From NCBI GenBank assembly GCA_046483495.1, contig JAWODC010000018.1, forward strand, positions 35,846 to 99,845: a stretch of 64,000 nucleotides of DNA, given 5' to 3'. This DNA is from Desulfobacterales bacterium. Lineage in GTDB: Bacteria; Desulfobacterota; Desulfobacteria; Desulfobacterales; UBA5616. Shown one piece after another: positions 28,902 to 40,533 of this stretch; position 1 is the first letter of the stretch; every line of letters begins with the position of its first letter. The notes under the pieces are model-generated. The model ran no database searches and was not told the DNA's origin. It saw only the letters and a program-made list of their open reading frames with translations. Both the position numbers and the translations under genes were made by a program.

Positions 28902-30032
28902 ATGTGTCGTTTGTTTGCCATCACCAGTGACGCCCCGTTGTCTCCCATGCTGGCGTTCGAGGCACTGGATGTCATGCGCGAAGGCCATGACGGATCAGGG
29001 GTCGGTCTTGTGCTTCGGGACCTTGGCGGCCCTTTCGAAGAGATGAAGGATGCACCGATTTTATCCGGAATTTTCAGTGAAAAAGGGATAAAGCGGCTGG
29101 ATCGGTTCATGATGGACATCGGGTTTATGACCAAATACAAGATTTCCATAAAACTGCCGAAGGCTGCTCCCAGAGGTGTTCCAAAACGGGATGTCTACCT
29201 GATCCGTGCTTATGAATATCCTGAAGAATGGGAAGGACTGGATGCCGATGAGCGGGAAAACCGGTTGATGAACATTCGACTCAATTTGAGAACGATGGGA
29301 GAGGAGCAGGAAGATATGATCGTTTTTTCTTTCTGGCCCGATACGATTGTTATCAAGGAAATCGGCGATCCCATGGCCGTTGCACACTATCTCGACCTGG
29401 ACCGCAAGGAACTCCAGGCAAAAGTGATCATGGCACAAGGCCGGCAAAACACGAATTATGCCATCAACCTGTATGCCTGCCATCCCTTCTTTATCCAGGG
29501 GTTTTCAACCATGACAAATGGTGAAAACACGGCGTTCATTCCAAACAAGGAATTCCTCATGTCACGAGGCTTTCCCGGTTATACGGGGTTTCAGTCGGAT
29601 TCGGAAGTTTTTACGCACACCCTGCATTATCTATGCAAATCATTGAAGCTGCCTGTGTCGGCATACAAGCACATTATCACGCCGCTTCAATCCGAGTCGC
29701 TGGAAAATCATCCCGATGCCCGGCTTTTGAAAAACGTAAAGCAGAGCTGCAGGCGATTGATCATCGATGGGCCCAATTGCATCATCGGAACGCTGCCGGA
29801 TACCACGATGTTTATGGTTCAGGACCGGAAAAAACTCCGGCCCGGCGTGGTCGGCGGAAGACCGGGGCTTTACGCGTTTTCATCGGAAATCTGCGGTCTG
29901 GATGCCGTCATCCCGGATCGGGATAAGCATCAGGATTTTCAACCCATGCACCTGGATACCGTTATCGTGGGTCCGGGGCGACAGGAGGTTACGGTATGCT
30001 GCCAAACAGCCCCATTACCCCCTCTACATTAA
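28902..30032 (+). CDS. Glutamate synthase amidotransferase subunit (class II/Ntn GATase, GltB domain 1)
   Basis: It starts MCRLF (Cys2 nucleophile) and has HDGSGVG, QGRQNTN, CHPF, TNGEN, SDSE and DRKKLRP. RBS AGGAGG is present. Confidence 0.88.
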   Translation: MCRLFAITSDAPLSPMLAFEALDVMREGHDGSGVGLVLRDLGGPFEEMKDAPILSGIFSEKGIKRLDRFMMDIGFMTKYKISIKLPKAAPRGVPKRDVYLIRAYEYPEEWEGLDADERENRLMNIRLNLRTMGEEQEDMIVFSFWPDTIVIKEIGDPMAVAHYLDLDRKELQAKVIMAQGRQNTNYAINLYACHPFFIQGFSTMTNGENTAFIPNKEFLMSRGFPGYTGFQSDSEVFTHTLHYLCKSLKLPVSAYKHIITPLQSESLENHPDARLLKNVKQSCRRLIIDGPNCIIGTLPDTTMFMVQDRKKLRPGVVGGRPGLYAFSSEICGLDAVIPDRDKHQDFQPMHLDTVIVGPGRQEVTVCCQTAPLPPLH

Positions 30033-31630
30033 GTGTAAAGGATCTGCCGTGGCAGATTCTGTGGAATAAGGAAAAATGCACCCTTTGCGGTAAATGTACG
30101 GCCGTATGCCCTGTCAGAGCCATAGAGCCGGGGGTGTTCCGGAAGCGTATTGTTGAACCGGCCGTCGACCTCACCGAAAAACCATCGCCTGTAGCCAAAC
30201 TATATTACGGCATTCGACAAAAAACGGATCCGGCGTTTGCCTGCACCGGGTGTGGGATGTGCACCATGGTTTGCCCCAATGATGCCATCATTCCGGTGCG
30301 AAGCGACGAGAGCGACAAGCTGAAGTTTCACTTCGACAAGGGTGGACAGCCGCGGCGCCGGGGAGGACGACGCAATGATTCCGGGGGCATTCTTGATGCG
30401 ATAAAGTTCATCCGCATTTCCATGCTGACGGACCCGGCCCTGGATGCCGGCCGGCATGAATTCGAGCTGCGAACCCTTTTGGGAAGAATCCTTCCGCCGG
30501 AGGAGAACCTGAAAGTGCTGAACGAAAACGGATGGATTCCGCCGGTCAGGGAAATCTATCCCCTCGTGATCGGAAGCATGTCCTTCGGAGCCTTGTCCCC
30601 GAACATGTGGGAGGGGCTCCAGATGGGGGTGGCATATCTGAACGAGGAGATCGGCATGCCGGTCCGGATATGCACCGGGGAAGGCGGATGCCCGCCGCGC
30701 CTGCTGCGCTCCCGGTTTTTGAAATATGTGATTCTTCAGATCGCCAGCGGCTATTTCGGATGGGACGAAATTATCCATGCCATTCCGGATATGAAGGAAG
30801 ACCCCTGCGCCATTGAAATCAAGTACGGCCAGGGTGCAAAACCCGGGGACGGCGGCCTGTTGATGTGGTACAAAGTCAACAAGCTCATCGCCGCGATTCG
30901 GGGGGTGCCGACAGGGATCAGTCTCCCGAGTCCGCCGACGCATCAGACCAAGTATTCCATCGAGGAGGCCGTTGCCAAAATGATCCAGTCCATGTACATG
31001 GCCTGGGGCTTCAGGGTGCCGGTGTATCCCAAAATTTCGGGAACATCGACAGCGCTCGCCGTCTTGAACAACCTGACCCGGAACCCCTATGCGGGCGGAT
31101 TGGCCATAGACGGGGAGGACGGCGGCACCGGCGCGGCCTACAATGTATCCATGAACCACATGGGGCATCCCATCGCGAGCAATCTGCGGGAGTGCTATCT
31201 CAATCTCGTGGCGCTGGGCAAGCAGAATGAAATCCCGCTGTTTGCCGGCGGTGGAATCGGTAAAAACGGGAACCTGGCGGCAAATGCCTCAGCATTGATC
31301 ATGCTGGGTGCCAGCGGGGTGCAAATCGGAAAATACATCATGCAGGCGGCTGCAGGATGCCTGGGGTCGGAGTCGGACCGGTGCAATATCTGCAATATCG
31401 GGCTCTGCCCAAAAGGGATAACCTCCCAGGATCCGCGGCTGTACCGACGGCTCGATCCGGAAGACGTTGCCCAGCGGGTGGTCGATGTGTATCTGAGCTT
31501 CGATACGGAGCTTAAAAAAATCATGGCACCGCTCGGGCGATCCACAAGCCTGCCCATCGGGATGTCCGATGCTCTCGGGATAGGTGATTATCATGCGGCG
31601 GAAAAGCTGAAAATCGCCTATGTGGTATAA
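29996..31630 (+). CDS. Glutamate synthase FMN-binding subunit (GltB domain 2) with N-terminal 2x[4Fe-4S] ferredoxin
   Basis: It has two CxxCxxCxxxCP motifs, MSFGALS, TGEGG, QIASGYFG, EIKYGQGAKPGDGG, DGEDGGTGAA and C..C....CPKGITSQD. Confidence 0.93.
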   Translation: MLPNSPITPSTLSVKDLPWQILWNKEKCTLCGKCTAVCPVRAIEPGVFRKRIVEPAVDLTEKPSPVAKLYYGIRQKTDPAFACTGCGMCTMVCPNDAIIPVRSDESDKLKFHFDKGGQPRRRGGRRNDSGGILDAIKFIRISMLTDPALDAGRHEFELRTLLGRILPPEENLKVLNENGWIPPVREIYPLVIGSMSFGALSPNMWEGLQMGVAYLNEEIGMPVRICTGEGGCPPRLLRSRFLKYVILQIASGYFGWDEIIHAIPDMKEDPCAIEIKYGQGAKPGDGGLLMWYKVNKLIAAIRGVPTGISLPSPPTHQTKYSIEEAVAKMIQSMYMAWGFRVPVYPKISGTSTALAVLNNLTRNPYAGGLAIDGEDGGTGAAYNVSMNHMGHPIASNLRECYLNLVALGKQNEIPLFAGGGIGKNGNLAANASALIMLGASGVQIGKYIMQAAAGCLGSESDRCNICNIGLCPKGITSQDPRLYRRLDPEDVAQRVVDVYLSFDTELKKIMAPLGRSTSLPIGMSDALGIGDYHAAEKLKIAYVV

Positions 31631-31644
31631 TATGGAGTACGGTT

Positions 31645-33975
31645 ATGGATACGCATCAGGTATATGAAATTTCGGGATTGGAAGACGGCCTGCGGGTTGA
31701 ATCCCGAATTCTCGAGGAGCGGATTCAGGCGGCCGTTGCCGCCGGAAACCGTCACCTTTTGGTTAAAGCCCTGGGCCAGCACGGCATCGGGGGACGATTG
31801 TGGAAAACGGGGAACGACCCTGTACGCGTCAATATTTACGGCCAGTGCGGCCAGCGGGCGGGGGCCATGGGTTATCCGAACACCTGCGTCGAAATCATGG
31901 GCCCGGCTTCGGACGACGTCGGATGGCTCAATGCGGGCGCTCATATCGTGGTGCACGGAAACGCCGGAAACGGGGTGGCAAATGCCATGGCCCAGGGCAA
32001 GGTTTTCGTAGCGGGAAACATCGGTGCGCGCGGGATGACTATGACGAAGCACAACCCGCGAATGGACCCGCCGGAGCTGTGGGTGCTGGGATCGGTGGGA
32101 GACTATTTCGGCGAGTTCATGGCCGGCGGTGTCGCCGTAATTTGCGGGTACAACGCCCAGAGCCCGGACAATGTTCTGGGTTATCGCCCGTTTGTTGGAA
32201 TGGTGGGTGGCAACGTATTCTTCAGGGGGCCTCACGACGGGTACAGCCGAATCGATGCGCGGATCGATTCCATTACCGACACTCAATGGCAATGGCTGTC
32301 GGACAATCTGCGAGGGTTTGTCGAGCGAATCAGCCGGCCTGAGCTGTTAAATGAGCTTTTGGATCGGGATTCGTGGCGGCTTATCGCAGCCAAAGCGCCT
32401 CATGAGCGGGCTGCAAAGGCGTTGCAGTCCATGCATTCCTTTCGACAGGCGAATTGGGACAAAGAACTCGGAGAAGGCGGGCTTATCGGCGATCTAACCC
32501 GCCTGGACCGTTCCCCCATTCCGGTGGTCGTCAGCGATGAACTGCGCCGGTTTGTTCCGGTGTGGGAGAACAAGCGGCATATGGCGCCGTGCGAGAATGC
32601 CTGCCCGACGGGGATACCGGTTCAACAGCGGTGGCAGCTGATTCGGGAAGGCCGCATCGATGAGGCGGTTGACCTTTCTCTGGCGTACACGCCTTTCCCG
32701 GCTTCGGTATGTGGATTTTTGTGCCCCAATTTGTGCATGTCGGCATGCACGCGGCATCTCCACGGCATGGCACCCATTGATGTGACCCTGCTTGGAAAAG
32801 CCGCTTTGCATGCGCGAATGCCGTCGCTTCCGGAAAAAAGCGGAAAGAAAATTGCGGTGATCGGAGGCGGCCCGGCCGGAATATCGATCGCCTGGCAGCT
32901 GCACATGAAAGGGCATGAAGCCGTGCTGTTCGATCGAGCAAAAGAGATTGGGGGGAAAATCACATCCGTCATTCCCGAAAGCCGGATTCCCGGTGATGTA
33001 TTTGAATCGGAGTTGGACCGCGTCAAAAAAATGATTCCCAGGATTTGCCTCGACCGGAATTTAGACAGAAACGACGTCGAGCGGATGAAAGATGAATATG
33101 ATTTCATCGTTATCGCCACGGGAGCCTGGCTGCCGAGGACGCTTCAGGTGCCTGGAAAAGAGCGCATGATGCCGGCACTAACCTTCCTGGAAAGGGCCAA
33201 AAGAGGCGACGTCCGGCCGGGAAAATCCGTGGTTGTCATCGGCGCCGGCAATGTGGGATGTGATGCGGCGACAGAGGCCCGGCGGTTGGGCTCCGAAGTG
33301 ATCACGCTGATCGATATTATGGCGCCGGCGTCTTACGGGAAAGAACGAAAAGAAGCGGAAAAGGCAGGGGCGAAATTCAGGTGGCCCTGCCATACCCGGG
33401 AAATTACCGAACAGGGGGTTGTGTTGACGACCGGGGAGCTTCTGCCCGCCGAAACCGTAATTGTCGCCATCGGCGATGCGCCGGAGCTGTCATTTTTGCC
33501 CGAAGACGTAAAAACGGACCGTGGGTTTGTCGTCGTCAATGATTTTTTCCAAACCACGAACCCCGTATTATTTGCCGTGGGAGATGCAGTTAAACCGGGA
33601 CTGCTTACAGATGCCATCGGTGCCGGAAGAAAGGCCGCGGCTGCGATATCCGATATGTTGGACGGCCGCAAACCGCATCCGGATAAACGGGACGTTATCG
33701 ATAGAAACCGCATATCCCTGGAGTACTTCGATCCTCGAATCACTTCTTTTGAAGATATCGGTCAATGCGGTTCGCAATGTTCCTCTTGTGGTACATGCCG
33801 GGACTGTGGTATTTGCGAAGCCGTTTGTCCGCAGGGGGCCATTCGGCGCAACAGCCTTACAAACGGAGATTACGAATATATCGTGGATCCGGAACGCTGC
33901 ATCGGATGCGGAATCTGCGCCGGAGTTTGCCCGTGCGGCATTTGGGTGATGATCGAAAATGCACCGATGGAGTGA
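31645..33975 (+). CDS. Fusion of GltB domain 3 (GXGXG beta-helix), GltD-like FAD/NAD(P) oxidoreductase and C-terminal ferredoxin
   Basis: It has GQHGIGG, GNAGNG and GDYFGEFMAGG, then APCENACP, IGGGPAG, IGAGNVGCD and FAVGD, then two terminal CxxCxxCxxxCP motifs. Confidence 0.9.
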   Translation: MDTHQVYEISGLEDGLRVESRILEERIQAAVAAGNRHLLVKALGQHGIGGRLWKTGNDPVRVNIYGQCGQRAGAMGYPNTCVEIMGPASDDVGWLNAGAHIVVHGNAGNGVANAMAQGKVFVAGNIGARGMTMTKHNPRMDPPELWVLGSVGDYFGEFMAGGVAVICGYNAQSPDNVLGYRPFVGMVGGNVFFRGPHDGYSRIDARIDSITDTQWQWLSDNLRGFVERISRPELLNELLDRDSWRLIAAKAPHERAAKALQSMHSFRQANWDKELGEGGLIGDLTRLDRSPIPVVVSDELRRFVPVWENKRHMAPCENACPTGIPVQQRWQLIREGRIDEAVDLSLAYTPFPASVCGFLCPNLCMSACTRHLHGMAPIDVTLLGKAALHARMPSLPEKSGKKIAVIGGGPAGISIAWQLHMKGHEAVLFDRAKEIGGKITSVIPESRIPGDVFESELDRVKKMIPRICLDRNLDRNDVERMKDEYDFIVIATGAWLPRTLQVPGKERMMPALTFLERAKRGDVRPGKSVVVIGAGNVGCDAATEARRLGSEVITLIDIMAPASYGKERKEAEKAGAKFRWPCHTREITEQGVVLTTGELLPAETVIVAIGDAPELSFLPEDVKTDRGFVVVNDFFQTTNPVLFAVGDAVKPGLLTDAIGAGRKAAAAISDMLDGRKPHPDKRDVIDRNRISLEYFDPRITSFEDIGQCGSQCSSCGTCRDCGICEAVCPQGAIRRNSLTNGDYEYIVDPERCIGCGICAGVCPCGIWVMIENAPME

Positions 33976-34028
33976 AACGGGCGCCGTGTTTTATTCGAAA
34001 ACGCTCACAACGAAAGCTATAAAATAGG

Positions 34029-35171
34029 ATGAAAGCATTACTGGCACTTGAAGATGGACGAATTTTTCCCTGCCGGTCATTCACCGGGTCCGGGGAAACA
34101 TCCGGTGAGGTGGTGTTCAATACCGGCATGACCGGCTACCAGGAGGTGCTCACCGATCCGTCTTACTCCGGGCAGTTGGTGACGATGACCTATCCGCTGG
34201 TCGGCAATTACGGTGTAAATGCTGAAGATGTGGAGTCCGATCGGATCCAGGTGGCAGGCTTCATCGTCAAGGAATATCAGTCGGACTACAGCAATTTCAG
34301 GGCGGTCCGCAGCCTTGCCGATTACCTGATGGAGCATGGGGTCATGGGAGTCGATGGTCTGGATACCCGGGCCTTGACCCGCCACATTCGAACGGCCGGT
34401 GCCATGCGGGCCGTCATTTCGACGGATGATCGAGACCCCCGGCGCATCGTTGAAAAGGCCAACGAAATTCCGCCCATGGCCGGTCTCGACCTGACCCGAA
34501 AGGTGGCAACCCCAACCCCGTATTTCTGGGATTCCGGCATGATCCGTTTCTGCAGACCGGGTTCGGCGCCGCTTGATACGTCCGTATGGCGGCACCGGGG
34601 CCGAAAACCGGCGGTGGTGGCGTTTGACTATGGAATCAAGTACAACATCTTACGGTGCATGGAAAACCGTGGTTTTGAAATTCTCGTGGTGCCCGGGACT
34701 ACGGACGCCGGCACCATCAGAAGTCTGGAGCCCGACGGCATATTTTTATCCAACGGTCCCGGTGATCCGGAACCGGTTGCCTATGCCGTGGACACGATCA
34801 GAGAGCTTCTGGGATATCGACCGATATTCGGAATATGCCTCGGGCACCAGTTGCTGGGGCTGGCCCTGGGCGGCAAAACGTACAAGTTGAAGTTCGGGCA
34901 TCACGGCTGTAATCAGCCGGTGAAGAATCTTTTCACTGGAAAAATCGAGATCACCTCTCAAAACCATGGCTTCGCTGTGGATATCGACAGCCTGGCCGGC
35001 AAATCGATCGAGGTCACCCATATCAACTTAAACGACAGAACACTGGAAGGATTCCGCCACACGACGCTGCCCGCGTATTCCGTTCAGTACCACCCGGAAG
35101 CATGCCCGGGTCCTCATGATGCCGAGTACCTGTTCGACCGGTTTGTGGATATGATACAATCGCTTCCCTAG
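34029..35171 (+). CDS. carA: Carbamoyl-phosphate synthase small subunit
   Basis: It has GEVVFNTGMTGYQE, SNGPGDP, GICLGHQ, SQNHGF and QYHPE. Confidence 0.98.
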   Translation: MKALLALEDGRIFPCRSFTGSGETSGEVVFNTGMTGYQEVLTDPSYSGQLVTMTYPLVGNYGVNAEDVESDRIQVAGFIVKEYQSDYSNFRAVRSLADYLMEHGVMGVDGLDTRALTRHIRTAGAMRAVISTDDRDPRRIVEKANEIPPMAGLDLTRKVATPTPYFWDSGMIRFCRPGSAPLDTSVWRHRGRKPAVVAFDYGIKYNILRCMENRGFEILVVPGTTDAGTIRSLEPDGIFLSNGPGDPEPVAYAVDTIRELLGYRPIFGICLGHQLLGLALGGKTYKLKFGHHGCNQPVKNLFTGKIEITSQNHGFAVDIDSLAGKSIEVTHINLNDRTLEGFRHTTLPAYSVQYHPEACPGPHDAEYLFDRFVDMIQSLP

Positions 35172-35189
35172 ACAAGAAATGCCGACATT

Positions 35190-38100
35190 ATGCCGAAACG
35201 GAACGACATTCATAAAATTTTGATCATCGGGGCCGGTCCCATTATCATCAGCCAGGCCTGCGAATTTGACTATTCCGGCACTCAGGCCTGCAAGGCACTT
35301 AAGGAGGAAGGCTTCGAGGTTGTGCTGGTCAACAGCAATCCGGCCACCATCATGACGGATCCGGAAACAGCCGACCGCACGTATATCGAACCGATTACAC
35401 CCGAAGCAGTTGAAATGATTATCGAACGGGAACGGCCTGACGCCATTCTCCCGACGTTGGGGGGGCAGACAGGATTGAATACCGCCGTCGCTGTGGCCCA
35501 GCGAGGGGTGTTGGAAGCTTACGGCGTGGAGATGATCGGCGCTTCGCTCGACGCCATTCAAAAGGCCGAGGATCGGGACCTGTTTCGAAAAGCCATGCAC
35601 CGTATCGGCCTTCGAATTCCCAGAAGCGGCATCGCGGTTTCCATGGATGAGGCCCGGGCGATTGCCGAAGACATCGGTTACCCCATTATTATCCGTCCGA
35701 GCTTCACCCTCGGGGGAACCGGCGGCGGCGTGGCCTACAACCCGGAAGACTTGGAGGTCCAGGCGAAGGCGGGGCTGGACGCCAGCATCATTCACCAGAT
35801 CATGCTGGAGCAATCCGTTCTGGGCTGGAAAGAGTTCGAACTCGAGGTGATGCGGGATAAGAATGACAACGTGGTGATCGTCTGCTCCATCGAAAATATG
35901 GACCCGATGGGGGTTCACACCGGCGACAGCATCACCGTGGCGCCGTCTCAGACCTTGAGCGACCGGGAATACCAGGCCATGCGGGATGCATCTTTGGCCA
36001 TCATGCGGGAAATCGGTGTGGACACCGGCGGATCAAATGTCCAGTTCGCCGTTCATCCCGGAACCGGGGAGATGATTGTCGTCGAGATGAACCCCCGTGT
36101 TTCCAGGAGTTCGGCATTGGCAAGCAAGGCGACGGGATTTCCGATCGCCAAAATCGCCGCCAAACTGGCCGTCGGATACACCCTGGATGAAATATCCAAC
36201 GATATTACCGGCGAGACCATGGCTTCCTTCGAGCCCACACTGGATTACTGCGTTGTAAAGATACCTCGGTGGACATTTGAAAAATTTCCGGAAACCCGGG
36301 ATTTTCTCACCACAGCCATGAAGTCCGTTGGGGAAACCATGGCCATCGGCCGGACCTTCAAGGAGGCGTTTCAAAAGGGCATTCGATCACTTGAAATCGG
36401 CCGTTACGGTCTGGGAGCTGATGGAAAGGATGCAGACTATCATCATGTTGCCTCGATTTTGGATGAGGAAATCGAACAAAAACTTGCGACACCCAATTCG
36501 CAGCGGATATTTTTTCTGCGGTACGCGCTGATGAAAAAGATGCCGGTAGACAGCATTTATGACATCACCGGCATCGATCCATGGTTTATCCGCCAGATCA
36601 AGCAGATCGTCGACTTTGAAGAAAAAATCGTAAAAACTTCTCCAGCGATAACCGATGCGCTGTTAAGAGAAGCCAAATCACTGGGGTTTTCGGATTACCA
36701 GCTTGCCGTTCTTCTTGCGGTCAGCGAAGATGATATCCGGTTTGCACGCGGCAAATTCGGCATACGGCCGGTTTACAAACTGGTGGATACCTGTGCGGCC
36801 GAATTCAAGGCGGCGACGCCGTATTATTATTCGACCTATGAAACGGAATGCGAAGCCAGAGTATCCGACCGAAAGAAAATCATGATTCTGGGCGGGGGCC
36901 CCAACCGGATCGGCCAGGGCATCGAATTCGACTACTGCTGCGTTCATGCGTCTTTCGCCTTGCGGGAAGAGGGCATCGAGAGCATCATGGTCAATAGCAA
37001 TCCGGAAACGGTAAGCACGGACTACGACACATCGGATAAGCTCTATTTCGAGCCGGTGACGAAAGAGGACGTCCTCCATATCATCGAGACCGAGAAACCC
37101 GCCGGCGTCATCGTCCAGTTCGGCGGCCAAACCCCGTTGAACCTGGCTGTACCCCTGCATCATGCCGGCGTCCCGATATTGGGTACACAGCCGGAAAGCA
37201 TCGATCGGGCCGAAGACCGGAAACTGTTTCAGGCCATGCTGAAAAAGGTCGGCCTCGTTCAGCCGGCCAACGATACGGCGACCACCGTTGCGGGAGCCGT
37301 TTCGGGTGCTGCGGCGATCGGGTACCCCGTGATCGTTCGTCCTTCCTACGTGCTTGGGGGCCGTGCCATGAAGATCGTGTATGACAAAAAAGAGCTCGAA
37401 AACTTTACACGGCTGGCCATACTCGCTTCGCCCGGGCATCCGGTGCTGATCGACAAGTTTTTAGAGGACGCCGTGGAAGTGGATGTGGATGCCGTCTCAG
37501 ACGGCCGGGAGACGGTGATCGGCGGCATCATGGAGCATATCGAAGAGGCCGGTATTCATTCAGGCGATTCCGCATGCGTTCTCCCTCCTTATACCCTGAC
37601 CCCGCAGGTTGTCGAGGCGATTGTCGAGGCAACCAAGGCTATGGCAAAGGAACTCGAGGTGGTCGGCCTTATGAATGTTCAGTATGCCGTTAAAGGAGGC
37701 CGGCTGTATGTCATCGAGGTCAACCCCCGCGCTTCCAGAACCGTTCCGTTTGTCAGCAAGGCCACCGGCATTCCTCTGGCCGGGATTGCCGTCAAGGCCA
37801 TGTTGGGCAGATCCCTGAGGTCTCTGGGATTGACACGTGATGTCATGCCAAGACACGTATCCGTCAAAGAAGCCGTTATGCCTTTTAACCGGTTTCCCGA
37901 CGTGGATACACTGTTGGGTCCGGAAATGAAATCCACGGGAGAGGTGATGGGAATCGATGCGGATTTCGGGTCCGCCTATGCGAAGGCGCAATCGGCCGCC
38001 GGACAGATGCTTCCGCTTGCAGGCACTGTCTTCATCAGTGTTCAGAATCGGGATAAGCCGTCGGCTGCGGCGGTGGCCGAAAGGTTCGGCGCGCTGGGTT

Positions 38101-38420
38101 TTTCGATTGTCGCCACCCATGGAACTTCGGCGTTTTTGACGGCCCGCGGCATCGAAAACAGCCCCATACAAAAAGTGTCCGTTGGGCGGCCTCACGTGGT
38201 GGACGCCGTCAAAAACCGGGAGATTCAACTGATCGTCAATACCGGTGTAGGTGGCGCCACCCGGCGTGACGGCTATGCGATCCGCCGGGCGGCCATTAAA
38301 TACGATATTCCCTATGTCACGACGGTTGCGGGGGCCATGGCGGTGGCAAAAGGCATCGAGGCGCTTAAGGGGAAAAAATTAAGCGTAAAAACCATTCAAG
38401 AGTATCACGAAGAAAAATGA
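35190..38420 (+). CDS. carB: Carbamoyl-phosphate synthase large subunit
   Basis: It has MPKR...[42 protein letters not shown] and an MGS-like C-terminus. Confidence 0.98.
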   Translation: MPKRNDIHKILIIGAGPIIISQACEFDYSGTQACKALKEEGFEVVLVNSNPATIMTDPETADRTYIEPITPEAVEMIIERERPDAILPTLGGQTGLNTAVAVAQRGVLEAYGVEMIGASLDAIQKAEDRDLFRKAMHRIGLRIPRSGIAVSMDEARAIAEDIGYPIIIRPSFTLGGTGGGVAYNPEDLEVQAKAGLDASIIHQIMLEQSVLGWKEFELEVMRDKNDNVVIVCSIENMDPMGVHTGDSITVAPSQTLSDREYQAMRDASLAIMREIGVDTGGSNVQFAVHPGTGEMIVVEMNPRVSRSSALASKATGFPIAKIAAKLAVGYTLDEISNDITGETMASFEPTLDYCVVKIPRWTFEKFPETRDFLTTAMKSVGETMAIGRTFKEAFQKGIRSLEIGRYGLGADGKDADYHHVASILDEEIEQKLATPNSQRIFFLRYALMKKMPVDSIYDITGIDPWFIRQIKQIVDFEEKIVKTSPAITDALLREAKSLGFSDYQLAVLLAVSEDDIRFARGKFGIRPVYKLVDTCAAEFKAATPYYYSTYETECEARVSDRKKIMILGGGPNRIGQGIEFDYCCVHASFALREEGIESIMVNSNPETVSTDYDTSDKLYFEPVTKEDVLHIIETEKPAGVIVQFGGQTPLNLAVPLHHAGVPILGTQPESIDRAEDRKLFQAMLKKVGLVQPANDTATTVAGAVSGAAAIGYPVIVRPSYVLGGRAMKIVYDKKELENFTRLAILASPGHPVLIDKFLEDAVEVDVDAVSDGRETVIGGIMEHIEEAGIHSGDSACVLPPYTLTPQVVEAIVEATKAMAKELEVVGLMNVQYAVKGGRLYVIEVNPRASRTVPFVSKATGIPLAGIAVKAMLGRSLRSLGLTRDVMPRHVSVKEAVMPFNRFPDVDTLLGPEMKSTGEVMGIDADFGSAYAKAQSAAGQMLPLAGTVFISVQNRDKPSAAAVAERFGALGFSIVATHGTSAFLTARGIENSPIQKVSVGRPHVVDAVKNREIQLIVNTGVGGATRRDGYAIRRAAIKYDIPYVTTVAGAMAVAKGIEALKGKKLSVKTIQEYHEEK

Positions 38421-39838
38421 CGACAATCGACGACAAACCGCGGGAAGCATGCGGGATTTTCGGTATCCACCAGCATCCGGATGCGGCCAACCTGTGCTAT
38501 TTCGGGCTTTATGCACTGCAGCATCGGGGGCAGGAAAGCTGCGGCATTGCAGCGGCCCGAGACGGCAGACTTGCAGAACACAAAGGCATGGGGCTTGTTC
38601 CCGATGTGTTCGGCCGGCATCATCTGGATCTTCTTGACGGAGACAGCGCAATCGGCCATGTCCGGTATTCCACCACCGGAGATTCCGTTCCGGAAAACGC
38701 CCAGCCTTTTCTGATCCGCCATCGAACACGGTCTTACGCCGTGGCCCACAACGGCAATATCGTCAATGCTTACGAACTGAAGCAGGAATTGGAGGCGGCC
38801 GGATCGATTTTCCAAACCACGATGGACAGTGAAATATTTCTTCACCTGTTCATAAAAAACCTGGCGTACGGATTCGAACAGGCTCTTGTACGATCGGCGG
38901 CCCGTTTAAAAGGCGCCTTTTCGTTTCTCATGCTGACGAATGAGGGTGAAGTCGTGGGCATCAAGGACCCTTATGGATTTCGGCCGTTGTGCCTGGGAAA
39001 GCTGAACGGCAGCTATGTGCTTGCTTCGGAAACCTGTGCGCTCGATCTTGTCGAGGCCCGGTTTATTCGGGAATTGGATCCCGGAGAAATCGTCATTATC
39101 GGTGACGGGGGGATAAAAAGCATCAAAACACCCACTTCGGGCAAAAAAGCCTTTTGTGTTTTCGAATATATCTATTTTGCGCGTCCGGACAGCACGATTT
39201 TCGGCCGGAATGTCTACCTTACCCGAAAGGCGCACGGTCGGAGACTTGCGCAGGAGGCGCCCGTTGACGCCGATTTCGTGATGCCGTTTCCGGACTCCGG
39301 ATCATATGCCGCTATCGGGTATTCGGAAGCGTCCGGGATACCCTTCGAGATGGCCATGATACGGAATCACTACGTGGGAAGGACCTTTATCGAGCCGTCT
39401 CAAGCCATGCGGGATTTCGGGGTTCGAATCAAGTTGAATCCGGTCAGGGAACTGCTGCAAAATAAAGACATCATCATCGTCGAGGACTCCATTATTCGCG
39501 GGACGACCATTAAAACCCGAGTCAAAGCCTTGCGGGAGCTCGGGGTCAAAAGGGTCCACATGCGGGTCAGCGGTCCGCCTCACCGGTTTCCCTGCCACTA
39601 CGGCATCGACTTTTCCACCAAAGGCGAACTGATCGCCGCCAGAATGACGGTCGACGAGCTTCGAAAATATCTGGATTTGGATTCGCTGCACTACCTGAGC
39701 ATCGGCGGGCTGATGGAATCCACCGGCATTGAAGACCCCGAGAACAATTTGTGCAAGGCCTGCTTTGACGGGTGTTACCCGGTTGATTTCGGCAGCTCTA
39801 TTTCCAAGAACTGCCTCGAGGTCGGCCGGGATGCCTGA
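38417..39838 (+). CDS. purF: Amidophosphoribosyltransferase
   Basis: A propeptide precedes CGIFG. It has [35 protein letters not shown] and Fe-S Cys (FPCHYG, LCKAC). It overlaps the carB stop (ATGA). Confidence 0.97.
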   Translation: MTTIDDKPREACGIFGIHQHPDAANLCYFGLYALQHRGQESCGIAAARDGRLAEHKGMGLVPDVFGRHHLDLLDGDSAIGHVRYSTTGDSVPENAQPFLIRHRTRSYAVAHNGNIVNAYELKQELEAAGSIFQTTMDSEIFLHLFIKNLAYGFEQALVRSAARLKGAFSFLMLTNEGEVVGIKDPYGFRPLCLGKLNGSYVLASETCALDLVEARFIRELDPGEIVIIGDGGIKSIKTPTSGKKAFCVFEYIYFARPDSTIFGRNVYLTRKAHGRRLAQEAPVDADFVMPFPDSGSYAAIGYSEASGIPFEMAMIRNHYVGRTFIEPSQAMRDFGVRIKLNPVRELLQNKDIIIVEDSIIRGTTIKTRVKALRELGVKRVHMRVSGPPHRFPCHYGIDFSTKGELIAARMTVDELRKYLDLDSLHYLSIGGLMESTGIEDPENNLCKACFDGCYPVDFGSSISKNCLEVGRDA

Positions 39839-39976
39839 TCGATCGATCCATTCGGAAGATCGAATTGGATCGGCGCAAGCCTTTTATTCTTTTTAAAACC
39901 GCACTTGTATTCCCGAAAAAAAATAGCTATATTGCCCGTGATTTGCCCCCAACCCCCAACAGGAGCAAACCCGGCC

Positions 39977-40495
39977 ATGAAAGAGACGCACTACTTAAGG
40001 GAAAATATCCAAAATTTTCAAAGACTAATGGATATTCCGGCTCTGAAGAATTTCGAGACCGACCAGTTGAGCAAACTGCTCAGGCTCAGCAAGGTTCGTG
40101 TGTACAATGACGGTGAATGCATCATCAAAGAGGGTGATGTCGATCCATGGCTTTATTTTTTGCTCTCCGGAAAAATCCAGATCGTGAAGGACGGTGTTCA
40201 GATCGCTCATATGGACAAGCGGGGCGAAATTTTCGGCGAAATGAGAATCATCAGCGATCAGGTGCGTTCGGCTTCAATTTACGCCGTGGGGAGAACCGTC
40301 TGCTTAGCTGTGGATACAAAAGCCGAAGACCGGCTGGACAGCCAGGAAGAAATCGATAAATTTCTTTTGATGCTGTACAAGGTGTTTGCCGAGTTCGTAG
40401 CCCTGCGGCTTCGGTTGACCAACGAGGAGCTGGTCCGGACGAAAAAAGAGATATTGCGCCTCGTCCAGGATGACATGTTTCTTGAAGAGCCCTGA
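39977..40495 (+). CDS. Cyclic nucleotide-binding domain protein (no HTH)
   Basis: It has IIKEGD, LYFLLSGKI, GEIFGEM and RSAS. Confidence 0.88.
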   Translation: MKETHYLRENIQNFQRLMDIPALKNFETDQLSKLLRLSKVRVYNDGECIIKEGDVDPWLYFLLSGKIQIVKDGVQIAHMDKRGEIFGEMRIISDQVRSASIYAVGRTVCLAVDTKAEDRLDSQEEIDKFLLMLYKVFAEFVALRLRLTNEELVRTKKEILRLVQDDMFLEEP

Positions 40496-40533
40496 TGCCG
40501 ATTGCGGTATTCGAACCTATTCAAAATCACGCA

